DNA of 54,735 nucleotides from Candidatus Nanopelagicales bacterium (GCA_041689915.1 JBDNFH010000055.1:1-54735), one strand, 5' to 3'; shown: positions 41,880-51,769, counted from the first letter of the stretch. Notes: generated by a model from the sequence alone, not told the origin. Made by a program: numbers and translations.

Positions 41880-44195
41880 ATGATCAAGTTTGCAGCTGTC
41901 ACGTTGGAGGGGAGCAACCAGACAATTGTCATTGTCGTTGCTGCCATTGCCATCGCAGCACTGTTCGTCGCAGCCGTTCTGGTACGTCAAGTACTCAGTG
42001 CTGACCAAGGAACCGAGCGCATGCAGGAAATTGCCGGGGCAATTCAGGAGGGTGCATCTGCCTTCCTGAGTCGTCAATTCAAGACCTTGGCAGCTTTTGC
42101 AGTCGTTGTTTTCTTTGTGTTGTTTGTGCTGCCTGCCGATACAAACAGTGAGCGAATTGGTCGAAGTATCTTCTTCCTTGTCGGCGCGGTGTTCTCGGGC
42201 GTGACCGGCTATATGGGCATGTGGCTCGCGGTGCGCGGAAACGTTCGCGTTGCAGCCGCCGCTAAAGACGGCACCGAGCAGAAGGCAATGAAAATTGCCT
42301 TCCGCACGGGTGGCGTTGCCGGCATGTTCACCGTGGGCCTTGGCCTCTTCGGTGCGGCGCTCGTCGTGCTCGTTTATAAAGGTGAAGCCCCAAAGGTTCT
42401 TGAAGGTTTCGGTTTCGGAGCCGCACTGCTGGCAATGTTTATGCGGGTTGGTGGCGGTATCTTCACCAAAGCTGCCGACGTGGGTGCTGACCTGGTTGGC
42501 AAGATTGAACAAGGCATTCCTGAAGATGACCCCCGCAACGCGGCAACAATCGCCGACAACGTCGGTGACAACGTCGGTGACTGCGCCGGTATGGCAGCGG
42601 ACCTCTTTGAGTCCTACGCGGTAACGCTGGTTGCAGCACTCATTCTGGGTAAGGCAGCATTTGGTGAACTTGGTCTGGTGCTCCCGCTCGTGATTCCGGC
42701 AATCGGTGTTCTGACCGCAGTCGTCGGCATCTTTGCGGTTTCACCACGGGCAACCGACCGTTCGGGCATGTCCTCGATTAACCGCGGGTTCTTTATCTCA
42801 GCTGCAATTTCAGCAGTACTGGTGATCCTTGCGGTCTTCACGTGGGTTCCCGAATCATGGGATGAAATCGAAAGTATTGGCGGAATCATTGCAACAGAAT
42901 CTGCCGGCACGATTAGTCCACGTTGGTATGTAATCGGGGCAGTATTCATTGGAATCATCCTTGCAGCACTCATTCAACAACTCACCGCCTACTTCACCGA
43001 AACCAATCGCCGTCCAGTCGACGACGTTGCCAAGACTTCACTTACCGGTGCTGCAACAGTGATCCTCTCTGGAGTTTCCCTTGGACTTGAGTCTGCTGTT
43101 TACTCAGCACTTCTTATTAGTACCGCTGTGTACGGTGCGTTCTTAATCGGTGGCGGTTCAGTTCTGTTGTCACTATTTGCAATCGCTTTGGCCGGGACCG
43201 GGCTTTTGACCACGGTCGGCGTGATTGTTTCCATGGACACATTCGGTCCTGTTTCTGACAATGCTCAGGGAATTGCTGAAATGTCCGGTGACGTTCACGG
43301 TGAAGGTGCTGCAATTCTCACCCGCCTTGACGCTGTTGGTAACTCCACCAAAGCAATCACCAAGGGAATCGCAATTGCAACGGCAGTACTTGCGGCAACA
43401 GCACTCTTTGGTGCATTCCGTGACGCAATCATTGGTGCGGCTGCATCTGCCGGTGACCTCACCGCAACCGCAGCGCAGAAGCTGCAGTACGACGGCATCC
43501 TTGACGTTGCATCCCCAGCCAACCTGGTTGGTTTGATTATCGGTGCCGCAGTGGTCTTCCTGTTCTCAGGTCTGGCAATTGACGCGGTCTCGCGTGCTGC
43601 TGGCGCAGTGATCTACGAAGTGCGCCGCCAGTTCCGTGATCACCCAGGAATCATGGAGGGAACCGAGAAGCCCGAATACGGCAAGGTTGTCGACATTGTT
43701 ACCCGCGATTCACTACGTGAATTGGTAACACCAGGAATCCTGGCCCTGTTCGCCCCGATTGCGGTTGGCTTTGGTTTGGGTGTTGGCGCCCTTGGCGCTT
43801 ACCTCGCCGGAACGATTACTGCAGGTGTTCTCATGGCTGTGTTCCTCTCCAACAGCGGTGGCGCCTGGGATAACGCCAAGAAGTTCGTCGAAGACGGCCA
43901 CTATGGTGGCAAGGGATCCCCGGCCCATGAAGCAACCGTGATCGGTGACACCGTTGGTGACCCATTCAAGGACACCGCTGGCCCAGCAATCAACCCACTG
44001 ATCAAGGTAATGAACCTGATCGCACTGTTGATTGCCCCGGCAATTGTTGGTCTCAGCGTTGGCGCAGATGCCAACGACGCCCTTCGTTATGCAATTTCAG
44101 CATTCGCAGTCCTCGTGATCGTGATCGCTGTCATTATTTCCAAGCGTCGCCCCATTGCAGTGGGCGATCAGCAGGAAATGGAAAGCGCCAAGTAG
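41880..44195 (+). CDS. hppA: Membrane-bound H+-translocating pyrophosphatase (predicted K+-independent)
   Basis: DVGADLVGKIE, DNVGDNVGD, GNSTKA, GDTVGDPFKD; GAGGAG SD. Confidence 0.95.
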   Translation: MIKFAAVTLEGSNQTIVIVVAAIAIAALFVAAVLVRQVLSADQGTERMQEIAGAIQEGASAFLSRQFKTLAAFAVVVFFVLFVLPADTNSERIGRSIFFLVGAVFSGVTGYMGMWLAVRGNVRVAAAAKDGTEQKAMKIAFRTGGVAGMFTVGLGLFGAALVVLVYKGEAPKVLEGFGFGAALLAMFMRVGGGIFTKAADVGADLVGKIEQGIPEDDPRNAATIADNVGDNVGDCAGMAADLFESYAVTLVAALILGKAAFGELGLVLPLVIPAIGVLTAVVGIFAVSPRATDRSGMSSINRGFFISAAISAVLVILAVFTWVPESWDEIESIGGIIATESAGTISPRWYVIGAVFIGIILAALIQQLTAYFTETNRRPVDDVAKTSLTGAATVILSGVSLGLESAVYSALLISTAVYGAFLIGGGSVLLSLFAIALAGTGLLTTVGVIVSMDTFGPVSDNAQGIAEMSGDVHGEGAAILTRLDAVGNSTKAITKGIAIATAVLAATALFGAFRDAIIGAAASAGDLTATAAQKLQYDGILDVASPANLVGLIIGAAVVFLFSGLAIDAVSRAAGAVIYEVRRQFRDHPGIMEGTEKPEYGKVVDIVTRDSLRELVTPGILALFAPIAVGFGLGVGALGAYLAGTITAGVLMAVFLSNSGGAWDNAKKFVEDGHYGGKGSPAHEATVIGDTVGDPFKDTAGPAINPLIKVMNLIALLIAPAIVGLSVGADANDALRYAISAFAVLVIVIAVIISKRRPIAVGDQQEMESAK

Positions 44196-44212
44196 TACGA
44201 ATTCGCACAATG

Positions 44213-44250
44213 AGGAGGGTCGGGCCAGGTGCCCGGCCCTCCTTGTTTTT
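44213..44250 (+). terminator. Intrinsic terminator after hppA
   Basis: AGGAGGGTCGGGC / GCCCGGCCCTCCT stem followed by TGTTTTT. Confidence 0.85.
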
Positions 44251-44276
44251 CGATAGTGGGGAAAGTTTCCCACCGG

Positions 44277-44319
44277 TGTATAGCCCCCCTTGACAGTAAA
44301 TGTATAGGGGGGCTAAATT
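44277..44319 (+). promoter_or_regulatory. HicAB-type promoter with operator repeats
   Basis: TTGACA-N18-TAAATT overlapped by inverted repeat TAGCCCCCCT/AGGGGGGCTA and two TGTATAG half-sites; ATG 5 nt after the -10. Confidence 0.7.
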
Positions 44320-44324
44320 AAATT

Positions 44325-44400
44325 ATGGCTAAGGCAATGAAATATCGAGATGTTGCTCGAGCATTGCGCGCATCGTCTATCGAAAGGGTGGTTGCAATGA
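44325..44400 (+). pseudogene. HicA-like toxin with internal deletion
   Basis: N-terminus MAKAMKYRDVARALRA joined to an out-of-frame tail SKGWLQ* whose TGA overlaps the HicB ATG (ATGA). Confidence 0.65.
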
Positions 44401-44762
44401 CCTACATTGCGAAAGCAAAACGTTGGGAACATGGCTGGGAAATCCACGTGGAGGGTGTTGGGGTCACGCAGGTGCGCCTTTTGGAACAGGCCATACCTCA
44501 GGCACGTGACCTAATTGAAACGATGTTGGATTTGCGAGTTGATGAATCTGAAATTGAGCTCGATTTTCAAATTGGTGCCTTGGTCAATGAAATTCATGAA
44601 GTTAAGCAGCTCACGGCAGATGCAGCCAAGCTACAAACACAGGCAGCAGTTCGGGTCCGAACTCTGGTAGATGAATTGCGTGCATCTGGCTTCTCGGTGA
44701 GCGATACTGCAACGATTCTGGGCGTGACCCGTGGGCGAGTTTCGCAGCTTCGATCCGGCTGA
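44397..44762 (+). CDS. HicB-like antitoxin with C-terminal HTH
   Basis: YIAKAKRWEHGWEIHVEGVGVTQ...SVSDTATILGVTRGRVSQL. Confidence 0.8.
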   Translation: MTYIAKAKRWEHGWEIHVEGVGVTQVRLLEQAIPQARDLIETMLDLRVDESEIELDFQIGALVNEIHEVKQLTADAAKLQTQAAVRVRTLVDELRASGFSVSDTATILGVTRGRVSQLRSG

Positions 44763-44826
44763 TTTGGAGTTTCCCGTTCAGCTAGTGCAAGCAAGTATTT
44801 CCGGGGGCTTCGGGCTCCGATCGAGG

Positions 44827-44885
44827 GGTAGGACACACCCGAACCCAGGGGGCGGTGCAACACATATATATAGGTGTGTCCTACC
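44827..44885. repeat. 13-bp perfect inverted repeat upstream of topA
   Basis: GGTAGGACACACC (44827-44839) and GGTGTGTCCTACC (44873-44885) enclose a CATATATATAG tract. Confidence 0.8.
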
Positions 44886-44935
44886 GTCAGGCTTCGATCG
44901 AAGGGGTTAATTGGCCCCGGACCCGAGAGGATCAC

Positions 44936-47641
44936 ATGGCTTCGAAGACACTGGTGATTGTTGAATCACCGGCCAAGGCGAAGAAAATTGCCGGCTACCT
45001 TGGACCCGATTACGAAGTATTGGCATCAGTTGGCCATGTTCGTGATCTCGTTGCCAAGAAATCTGATCTGCCGGCAGAGGAACGCAATAAGCCATGGGCA
45101 AAGCTCGCTGTTGACGTTGATGACGGTTACAAAGCTTTTTATATCGTGCACGAATCCAAGAAAGCCACGATCAAAGCCCTGAAGGCTGCACTCAAAAATT
45201 CAGACGAACTACTTCTCGCAACGGACGAGGACCGCGAGGGTGAAGCAATCTCCTGGCACCTCATGGAAGTCCTCCAACCCAAGGTTCCGGTCAAGCGCAT
45301 GGTGTTCAACGAGATCACCAAAGAAGCCATCCAGGAGGCAGTAGCCAATACCCGCGATGTTGACATGGATTTGGTGGAGGCCCAGGAAACCCGCCGGATT
45401 GTCGACCGGCTTTACGGCTACCCGGTTTCAGAGGTGCTCTGGAAGAAGATTGGTCGCGAAGCCCGATCAGCTGGGCGCGTTCAGTCCGTGGCAGTACGTC
45501 TCGTTGTTGAGCGCGAACGCATCCGCATGGCCTTCAACTCTGCCGGCTACTGGGATATCAAGGGCAAGTTCGCGCCGGGGGATTTCGAAGCGAAGCTGGC
45601 AACCATTGACGGTAAGCGAATTGCCTCAGGTGGTGATTTCAATGCGTCCGGTGAACTATCAAAGACTGACGTTGTTGTCTTTAATGAGGCTGAATCAAAA
45701 GCATTTGTTGCATCCCTTGCTGGTGTTGAATATACGGTCCGCTCAGTTGAGCAAAAGCCAGGACAGCGCAAACCAAAAGCACCTTTCACCACTTCCACAA
45801 TTCAGCAAGAAGCATCGGGTCGTTTCCGCTGGGGCGCTCAGCGCACCATGCGAGTCGCCCAGGGACTGTATGAAAACGGCTACATCACGTATATGCGTAC
45901 CGACTCGGTGAATCTTTCCGCTCAAGCATTGAATGCGGCGCGCAAACAAGCAACCGAGCTTTACGGTCCCGAATACGTTGAGGCTAGTCCACGCGTCTGG
46001 GCGAATAAGTCAAAGAATGCCCAAGAGGCGCATGAGGCTATCCGTCCGGCCGGTGATACTTTCCGGACGCCGGGTGAAGTGAGTAGGGAACTCACCGGAG
46101 ATGAATTTTTACTCTATGAACTGATCTGGAAACGCACCGTTGCCAGTCAAATGGTGAATGCTCAGGTGGCCACCACCACGATCAAATTTGGCGCCCAAGC
46201 AGCAGATGGCAAGGATGCAGAGTTCAGCGCTAGTGGAACCGTGGTGATCTTCGCAGGATTCAAGGCCGCCCTTGACGAGCTCGCCTCCGACGATGACAAG
46301 GAAGAAGACCGCCAACTCCCAGCGCTGAGTGAAGGACAGAAACTCAACGCCAAGCAACTCACGTCCGAGGGTCACACCACCAAACCGCCAGCGAGATTCA
46401 CCGAAGCAACATTGGTAGGCAAGCTTGAAGAGTTGGGGATCGGTCGTCCATCAACGTACGCCTCGATCATGTCAACGATTGTTGATCGTGGATACGTGTG
46501 GAAAAAGGGATCTGCACTTGTTCCCAGTTTTACCGCGCTCGCAGTGGTGCGACTCCTTGAAGAGCACTTCAGTGAACTTGTTGATTACAAATTCACCGCC
46601 AACATGGAGGAGGCACTCGACGAGATTGCTCTGGGCAAAGCCACTCGAGTCAAGCAACTTGATGCATTCTGGCGTGGTGGCGAAATGGCCCAGGGGCATT
46701 TTCACGGTGTAAAAGCACTCACCGAAGACCTTGGCGCAATTGATGCCCGCGGGATTGCAACCATGCCCATTAAGGGAACCGATGCAATGCTTCGCGTGGG
46801 TCGTTACGGCGCCTATGTTGAGCGTGGCGAAGAACGCGCAAATATTCCCATGAGCACTGCACCAGACGAACTCACGGCAGAGCTTGCCGAGCAGTTACTT
46901 CTTGAGCCTTCAGGGGACCGGGAACTTGGTCTTCACCCTGATACCGAACTCATGATCGTTGCTAAGTCTGGGCGTTATGGCCCCTATGTCACGGAAATCT
47001 TGCCAGAGGATTCACCGAAGTCAGCCAAGCCGCGTACCGCTTCCTTGTTTAGTTACATGAAGCCAAGTGACGTGTCGCTGGATCAGGCAATTTCACTTTT
47101 GAGCCTGCCAAGGGTTGTCGGTATTGATCCAGAAAGTGCCGAAGAAATTTATTCACAAAATGGTCGTTACGGACCGTATCTCATAAAGGGCAAAGACTCT
47201 CGGTCACTGGACAACGAGGATCGAATCTTTGAAGTAACCCTGGCAGAAGCACTTGCGTTGTATTCCCAGCCCAAAGTTCGGCGCGGCAAAGGTCAGGCTG
47301 CTGGCCCGCTACGTGAGATCGGTGTTGATCCGTCATCTGGGAAAATGATCGTGGTCAAAGAAGGACGCTTTGGCGCCTACGTCACTGACGGTGAAATCAA
47401 TGCAACTCTTCGTATTGCCGATGACCCTATGAGTGTTGGCATTGATCGCGCAAGTGACCTCATTGCTGACCGCCGGGCCAAAGGCCCAGCGGTCAAGAAG
47501 ACGGCCAAGCGGGCACCTGCCAAGAAGGCCGTCAAGAAGGTTGCCAAGAAAACGACAAAGAAGTCAGCCAAAAAAGCAGTAGCGAAGAAACCCGAGCCAA
47601 CAGCAGCCGACGCTATGTCTGGCCAAGAAGTCACCACTTAG
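44936..47641 (+). CDS. topA: DNA topoisomerase I
   Basis: IVESPAKA, ATDEDREGE, SAGRVQ, ITYMRTD, GRYGPY repeats, Lys-rich tail. Confidence 0.98.
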   Translation: MASKTLVIVESPAKAKKIAGYLGPDYEVLASVGHVRDLVAKKSDLPAEERNKPWAKLAVDVDDGYKAFYIVHESKKATIKALKAALKNSDELLLATDEDREGEAISWHLMEVLQPKVPVKRMVFNEITKEAIQEAVANTRDVDMDLVEAQETRRIVDRLYGYPVSEVLWKKIGREARSAGRVQSVAVRLVVERERIRMAFNSAGYWDIKGKFAPGDFEAKLATIDGKRIASGGDFNASGELSKTDVVVFNEAESKAFVASLAGVEYTVRSVEQKPGQRKPKAPFTTSTIQQEASGRFRWGAQRTMRVAQGLYENGYITYMRTDSVNLSAQALNAARKQATELYGPEYVEASPRVWANKSKNAQEAHEAIRPAGDTFRTPGEVSRELTGDEFLLYELIWKRTVASQMVNAQVATTTIKFGAQAADGKDAEFSASGTVVIFAGFKAALDELASDDDKEEDRQLPALSEGQKLNAKQLTSEGHTTKPPARFTEATLVGKLEELGIGRPSTYASIMSTIVDRGYVWKKGSALVPSFTALAVVRLLEEHFSELVDYKFTANMEEALDEIALGKATRVKQLDAFWRGGEMAQGHFHGVKALTEDLGAIDARGIATMPIKGTDAMLRVGRYGAYVERGEERANIPMSTAPDELTAELAEQLLLEPSGDRELGLHPDTELMIVAKSGRYGPYVTEILPEDSPKSAKPRTASLFSYMKPSDVSLDQAISLLSLPRVVGIDPESAEEIYSQNGRYGPYLIKGKDSRSLDNEDRIFEVTLAEALALYSQPKVRRGKGQAAGPLREIGVDPSSGKMIVVKEGRFGAYVTDGEINATLRIADDPMSVGIDRASDLIADRRAKGPAVKKTAKRAPAKKAVKKVAKKTTKKSAKKAVAKKPEPTAADAMSGQEVTT

Positions 47642-47649
47642 GAACACAC

Positions 47650-48261
47650 ATGACCGGATATTTCATTGCATTCGAGGGTGGCGAAGGCGTCGGCAAGTCC
47701 ACGCAGGAAGCCTTACTGGCGGAATACCTGAGGGAAACTGGGAAGATTGTTATTCGCACTCGCGAGCCAGGAGGCACTTCAGCCGCGGAACAAATTCGCA
47801 ATACGGTCCTCAGCCGTGAACACGAAGGCATGAATCCGCAAAGTGAAGCATTGCTATTCGCAGCAGCCCGTGGCGATCATGTCGCCCGAGTGATTCGTCC
47901 GGCAATGGCAAAAGGTGAAGTCGTTATCTGTGACCGCTATATCGATTCTTCAATTGCCTACCAGGGTTTTGCACGTGCACTGGGTGCTGATCGAGTCAGG
48001 GATTTGAGCATGTGGGCAACAGGTGGGCTACTGCCGGATCTCACGATCGTGTTAACCCTTGACCCTGAGGTAAGCATGAAGCGAGTCATTAACCCTGATC
48101 GCCTTGAAGCAGAACCTATGCAATACCACCGTGATGTCGCTGACGCATTCATTGAAATTGTTGCCCTTGATCCGAGTCGTTACTTGGTCGTTGATGCAAC
48201 CGGCTTGAAAGAGGAAATCGCCGAAGTTATTCGTCAGCGTGTAATGCAGGAATTGAACTAA
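47650..48261 (+). CDS. tmk: Thymidylate kinase
   Basis: FEGGEGVGKST, TREPGGT, CDRYIDSSIAYQG. Confidence 0.96.
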   Translation: MTGYFIAFEGGEGVGKSTQEALLAEYLRETGKIVIRTREPGGTSAAEQIRNTVLSREHEGMNPQSEALLFAAARGDHVARVIRPAMAKGEVVICDRYIDSSIAYQGFARALGADRVRDLSMWATGGLLPDLTIVLTLDPEVSMKRVINPDRLEAEPMQYHRDVADAFIEIVALDPSRYLVVDATGLKEEIAEVIRQRVMQELN

Positions 48262-48263
48262 AC

Positions 48264-49469
48264 GTGCAGCCGATTTGGAATGCACTTGTGGGCCAGACTG
48301 ACGTTGTTGAAAAACTCAGTCGTGCCGTAACAGATGCCGAGAAAATCCGGATCGGTGAACCCGGCCCAGCCATGACACATGCGTGGTTAATTACCGGACC
48401 ACCTGGATCGGGAAGGTCAACCGCGGCAACGACATTTGCCGCCGCACTCATGTGTCCACTCAATGGTTGCGGAACCTGCCAGATTTGTCGAATGACTCCA
48501 GTCGGTGGTCACCCCGACGTTCAAATCATTACTCCCAGCGGATTGTCCTACGGAGTTGAAGAAGGCCGTGAGCTGGTTCGACTTTCTTCTCTTGCACCAA
48601 TTGATACTCCCTGGCGCGTAATTGTCATGGAGGACGCGGATCGTCTCACCGACCAGGCATTTGATTCACTGCTAAAAAGCCTAGAAGAACCAACCCCGCA
48701 TACCGTTTGGGTTTTGTGTGCCCCAAGTGTTGAAGACGTCCTGCCAACAATTGTCTCGCGAACCAGACACATCTCCTTGCGAACCCCCACCACCCAAGAC
48801 GTAACGCAACTGCTGATCGACACCTACAAAGTCGATCCAGCGATGGCGGCTTTTGCGGCGCGCGCTTCCCAAGGACATATTGGGAGAGCGCGCGGACTAG
48901 CAACGGATGAAGCATCCAGATCCAGGCGGCAATCTGATCTGAGATCGGCAATCAGCCTGCGTGATGTTCCCTCATGTATTTTCGCTGCACGTGACATGGT
49001 CACCGAGGCGACAACAGCGGCCAACACACGAGCTGACCAACTCGACACAAAAGAAGATGAACAACTTAAAGCGGCCTTTGGAATCGAAGAGGGCAGCAGA
49101 ATCACAGGTCCCTCCAAACGCAATGTGGATTCCGCCAAGAAACAACTTCTCGCCCACCAAAAAACCCGGCGCAAGCGCATGATCCGAGACGAAGTTGATC
49201 GGTCCCTCGTTGATCTACTTGGCCTTTTCCGCGACATTCTTATTGTTCAGGTGGACAGCAACCTTGAATTAATCAATCAAGAAATGCGCCCGGCAATCGA
49301 ATCATTCGCCGCCCGCGGAAATCCTGCTGACACCACCAGAACACTCGAAGCAATTGAACACGCGAGAGCATCAATCAAAGCCAACACACCACCTCAACTT
49401 GCCGTTGAGTCACTGATGGTCTCAATCAAAGATCCGAAGCTCGCATCAGCCCATGCGAGTAGGCAATGA
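48264..49469 (+). CDS. holB: DNA polymerase III subunit delta'
   Basis: HAWLITGPPGSGRS, Cys zinc site, HPDV, LLKSLEEP; follows tmk. Confidence 0.93.
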   Translation: MQPIWNALVGQTDVVEKLSRAVTDAEKIRIGEPGPAMTHAWLITGPPGSGRSTAATTFAAALMCPLNGCGTCQICRMTPVGGHPDVQIITPSGLSYGVEEGRELVRLSSLAPIDTPWRVIVMEDADRLTDQAFDSLLKSLEEPTPHTVWVLCAPSVEDVLPTIVSRTRHISLRTPTTQDVTQLLIDTYKVDPAMAAFAARASQGHIGRARGLATDEASRSRRQSDLRSAISLRDVPSCIFAARDMVTEATTAANTRADQLDTKEDEQLKAAFGIEEGSRITGPSKRNVDSAKKQLLAHQKTRRKRMIRDEVDRSLVDLLGLFRDILIVQVDSNLELINQEMRPAIESFAARGNPADTTRTLEAIEHARASIKANTPPQLAVESLMVSIKDPKLASAHASRQ

Positions 49470-50211
49470 GCGAGTCAGCGGCTGGCTGCAAATTAACCAT
49501 TCCGCTGATGTCGGGTGAGGCGAGTAATTCTGCTGCGGCGGCAAGTAAATTGTCGTAACTCTCGCACCCCAAGTCCAATCGCGAAGTTACAACGCCTGTA
49601 GCACTCGCTGCGCTGACAGCCGCTGCCGTTCCCGGTAGTGAGGAACCCAACTGATGCAAAACCATGAGTCGATCACAAAGTGCATTCAAGGCCACTGCCG
49701 CCTGCGCATCGGCGTTCACCATTTCAATACCTGCATCACGGTGTAAAACCGAAACACTGGCGCCCACGTTCACGACCTGGGTGCGAACGGTCAGGTAACG
49801 CTTAACGGAATCTCGACCAATGGCCCCGCGAGGCAATGGAGCAGCAGGCGGAACCGAATTCCTCGCCAAAGGTCGCTCGCCAATTCGGCGCCATCGACGG
49901 ACGCTCACCAACGAGACGACTGCGCCAGAAACGCTGACAATCCATAGTCCGGGGTTCACACTCACAATTGCAAGAGTCCCGAAAGCAATCGCCGTCCCAC
50001 CTCCAGCAATCGCTCCAAACCGCAACGAGTCCAAGCGAGCCCGATACTTTCTGCGAGCACTTCTCTGTGCTGCGAGTTCCTTCTTGTGTGCTCGATCCAA
50101 GGTTCGATTTCCCATAACAGAGGTGAAAGCGTCAATCACATTCAACCCACGGGAAATCCCAGCCTCGACCATTGCTGAGATCTCTGCCGGTGTTCGTGGT
50201 TGTCTGCTCAC
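49426..50211 (-). CDS. PspM (Rv2743c)-like membrane protein
   Basis: Arg-rich segment, two TM helices, helical C-terminus LDLGCESYDNLLAAAAELL...LQPAADSLIAYSHGL; TACGGT-N6-GTG. Confidence 0.6.
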   Translation of the reverse strand: MSRQPRTPAEISAMVEAGISRGLNVIDAFTSVMGNRTLDRAHKKELAAQRSARRKYRARLDSLRFGAIAGGGTAIAFGTLAIVSVNPGLWIVSVSGAVVSLVSVRRWRRIGERPLARNSVPPAAPLPRGAIGRDSVKRYLTVRTQVVNVGASVSVLHRDAGIEMVNADAQAAVALNALCDRLMVLHQLGSSLPGTAAAVSAASATGVVTSRLDLGCESYDNLLAAAAELLASPDISGMVNLQPAADSLIAYSHGLMRASDL

Positions 50212-50229
50212 CGATATACCGTAAGGCGC

Positions 50230-51768
50230 ATGACCCGGTCAGTGCCAATCGGTATCCGCGCCCTGGCACTGGGCGCTGTAGTAGCAGCACTGATCACGGC
50301 ATGTTCAAGTACAAATACGACGGCCCCAAGCCGCCTAGCAACCCAATCTACTCAAACAACGCAAAACGAGTCAGGGCTGGAAAGCTTCTATACCCAACAG
50401 ATTGACTGGCGTAATTGTGGAGATGCAGACTGCACGACCTTTGAGGTTCCACTGGACTACCAGGACCCTCAAGGTGATCGGGTCGAACTCTCTATGACCA
50501 AAGTGCGGGCGCGCGGTGAATCAATTGGTTCACTTTTTGTCAATCCGGGTGGTCCGGGTGGCAGCGCATTTGAATATGCGAAAGCCGCTGACTTCATTGT
50601 TACTGACCAAATTCGAGAGTCATTCGACGTTGTTGGAGTTGATCCACGCGGGGTTGGGCAAAGCGACACTATCCGGTGTTTAACCGATGAACAGATTGAT
50701 GCACTGATTTCAGCCGATGGGTCTCCGGATACTGAATTGGAAGAGAGTCGCCTAATTCTTGACTCCGGGTTCATTGGGCAAGCCTGCAAGAACTCAAATG
50801 ATCCGCTCATTGCCCACATGTCAACGGTTGAAGTCGCCAAGGATATGGATATTGCCAGGGCACTCGTCGGCGATCCGGTAATGAACTTGCTGGGAAAGAG
50901 TTACGGAACGGCGATTGGAACCACTTATATTGAACTGTTCCCTGATCGGGTTGGACGCATGGTGCTTGACGGTGTCCTGCCAACTTATTTGAATCAGCTG
51001 GAAGTGACGAAAGCGCAGGCAGAGGAATTTGAAGTGCTGCTTCGCTACTTTGTCAGTGATTGTCTAGAGCAAAGTGATTGTCCACTGACGGGAAGTGTTG
51101 ACCAGGGAGTTCAACAAATCCGGCAGTTCCTGTTGGACCTTGACTCCGATCCGCTAGTGGGTGAAAACCAACGTGAACTCACTGAAAGTTTGGCCACCTT
51201 CGCGATTGTGAGTTACCTCTATTTCCCGGAATACGATTTTCCGGATTTGCGTGCGGCATTAAATGCGGCGATGACCCAACGCGACCCAAATAAGCTACTG
51301 ACACTTCTTGACCAACGAATCAGCCGGGCACCAGACGGTCGTTACACCGATAACTCAAGTGATGCTTTCTACGCAGTCTCCTGCATTGACTTCCCGGTCA
51401 CCCAAAGTATTGATCAAGTCCGAGAGTTCGCAAACCAACTCGCAATAAGTGCGCCAACTTTCGGGGAGAGCCTGGGTTGGGGTGTTCTCGCGTGCAAAGA
51501 CTGGCCCTACAAAGCCCAACAAGCAATCAAAATAACCCCAAATGCATCAGCGCCCGTAATGCTCGTTTCGGCAGAAAACGATCCAGCGACTCCCGTCCAA
51601 TGGGCCCAAGAGGTCGCCACGAAATTGGGCAACGCAGAACTTGTCTTGTGGGAGGGTGGCTACAACCACACTGCCTACCTTGAGGGCAGTCAATGTGTGA
51701 CCGATCGCGTTGATGCCTACTTACTCGAGGGCACTATCTCCCCTGGCACCACAACCACCTGCAAATAG
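50230..51768 (+). CDS. Alpha/beta hydrolase lipoprotein (TAP-like peptidase)
   Basis: Lipobox ITAC, NPGGPGGS, DPRGVG, GKSYG, DPATP, H. Confidence 0.9.
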   Translation: MTRSVPIGIRALALGAVVAALITACSSTNTTAPSRLATQSTQTTQNESGLESFYTQQIDWRNCGDADCTTFEVPLDYQDPQGDRVELSMTKVRARGESIGSLFVNPGGPGGSAFEYAKAADFIVTDQIRESFDVVGVDPRGVGQSDTIRCLTDEQIDALISADGSPDTELEESRLILDSGFIGQACKNSNDPLIAHMSTVEVAKDMDIARALVGDPVMNLLGKSYGTAIGTTYIELFPDRVGRMVLDGVLPTYLNQLEVTKAQAEEFEVLLRYFVSDCLEQSDCPLTGSVDQGVQQIRQFLLDLDSDPLVGENQRELTESLATFAIVSYLYFPEYDFPDLRAALNAAMTQRDPNKLLTLLDQRISRAPDGRYTDNSSDAFYAVSCIDFPVTQSIDQVREFANQLAISAPTFGESLGWGVLACKDWPYKAQQAIKITPNASAPVMLVSAENDPATPVQWAQEVATKLGNAELVLWEGGYNHTAYLEGSQCVTDRVDAYLLEGTISPGTTTTCK

Positions 51769-51769
51769 A

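Noticed and set aside
41865-42512. Long antisense or alternate-frame ORFs (e.g. 41865-42512, 4168-4824, 39660-40238, 19963-20532)
   Set aside because: Shadow frames of well-supported genes, with no motifs or start signals.
47491-47590. AAG-rich repeats at the topA 3' end
   Set aside because: These encode the known Lys-rich C-terminal tail of actinobacterial TopA.
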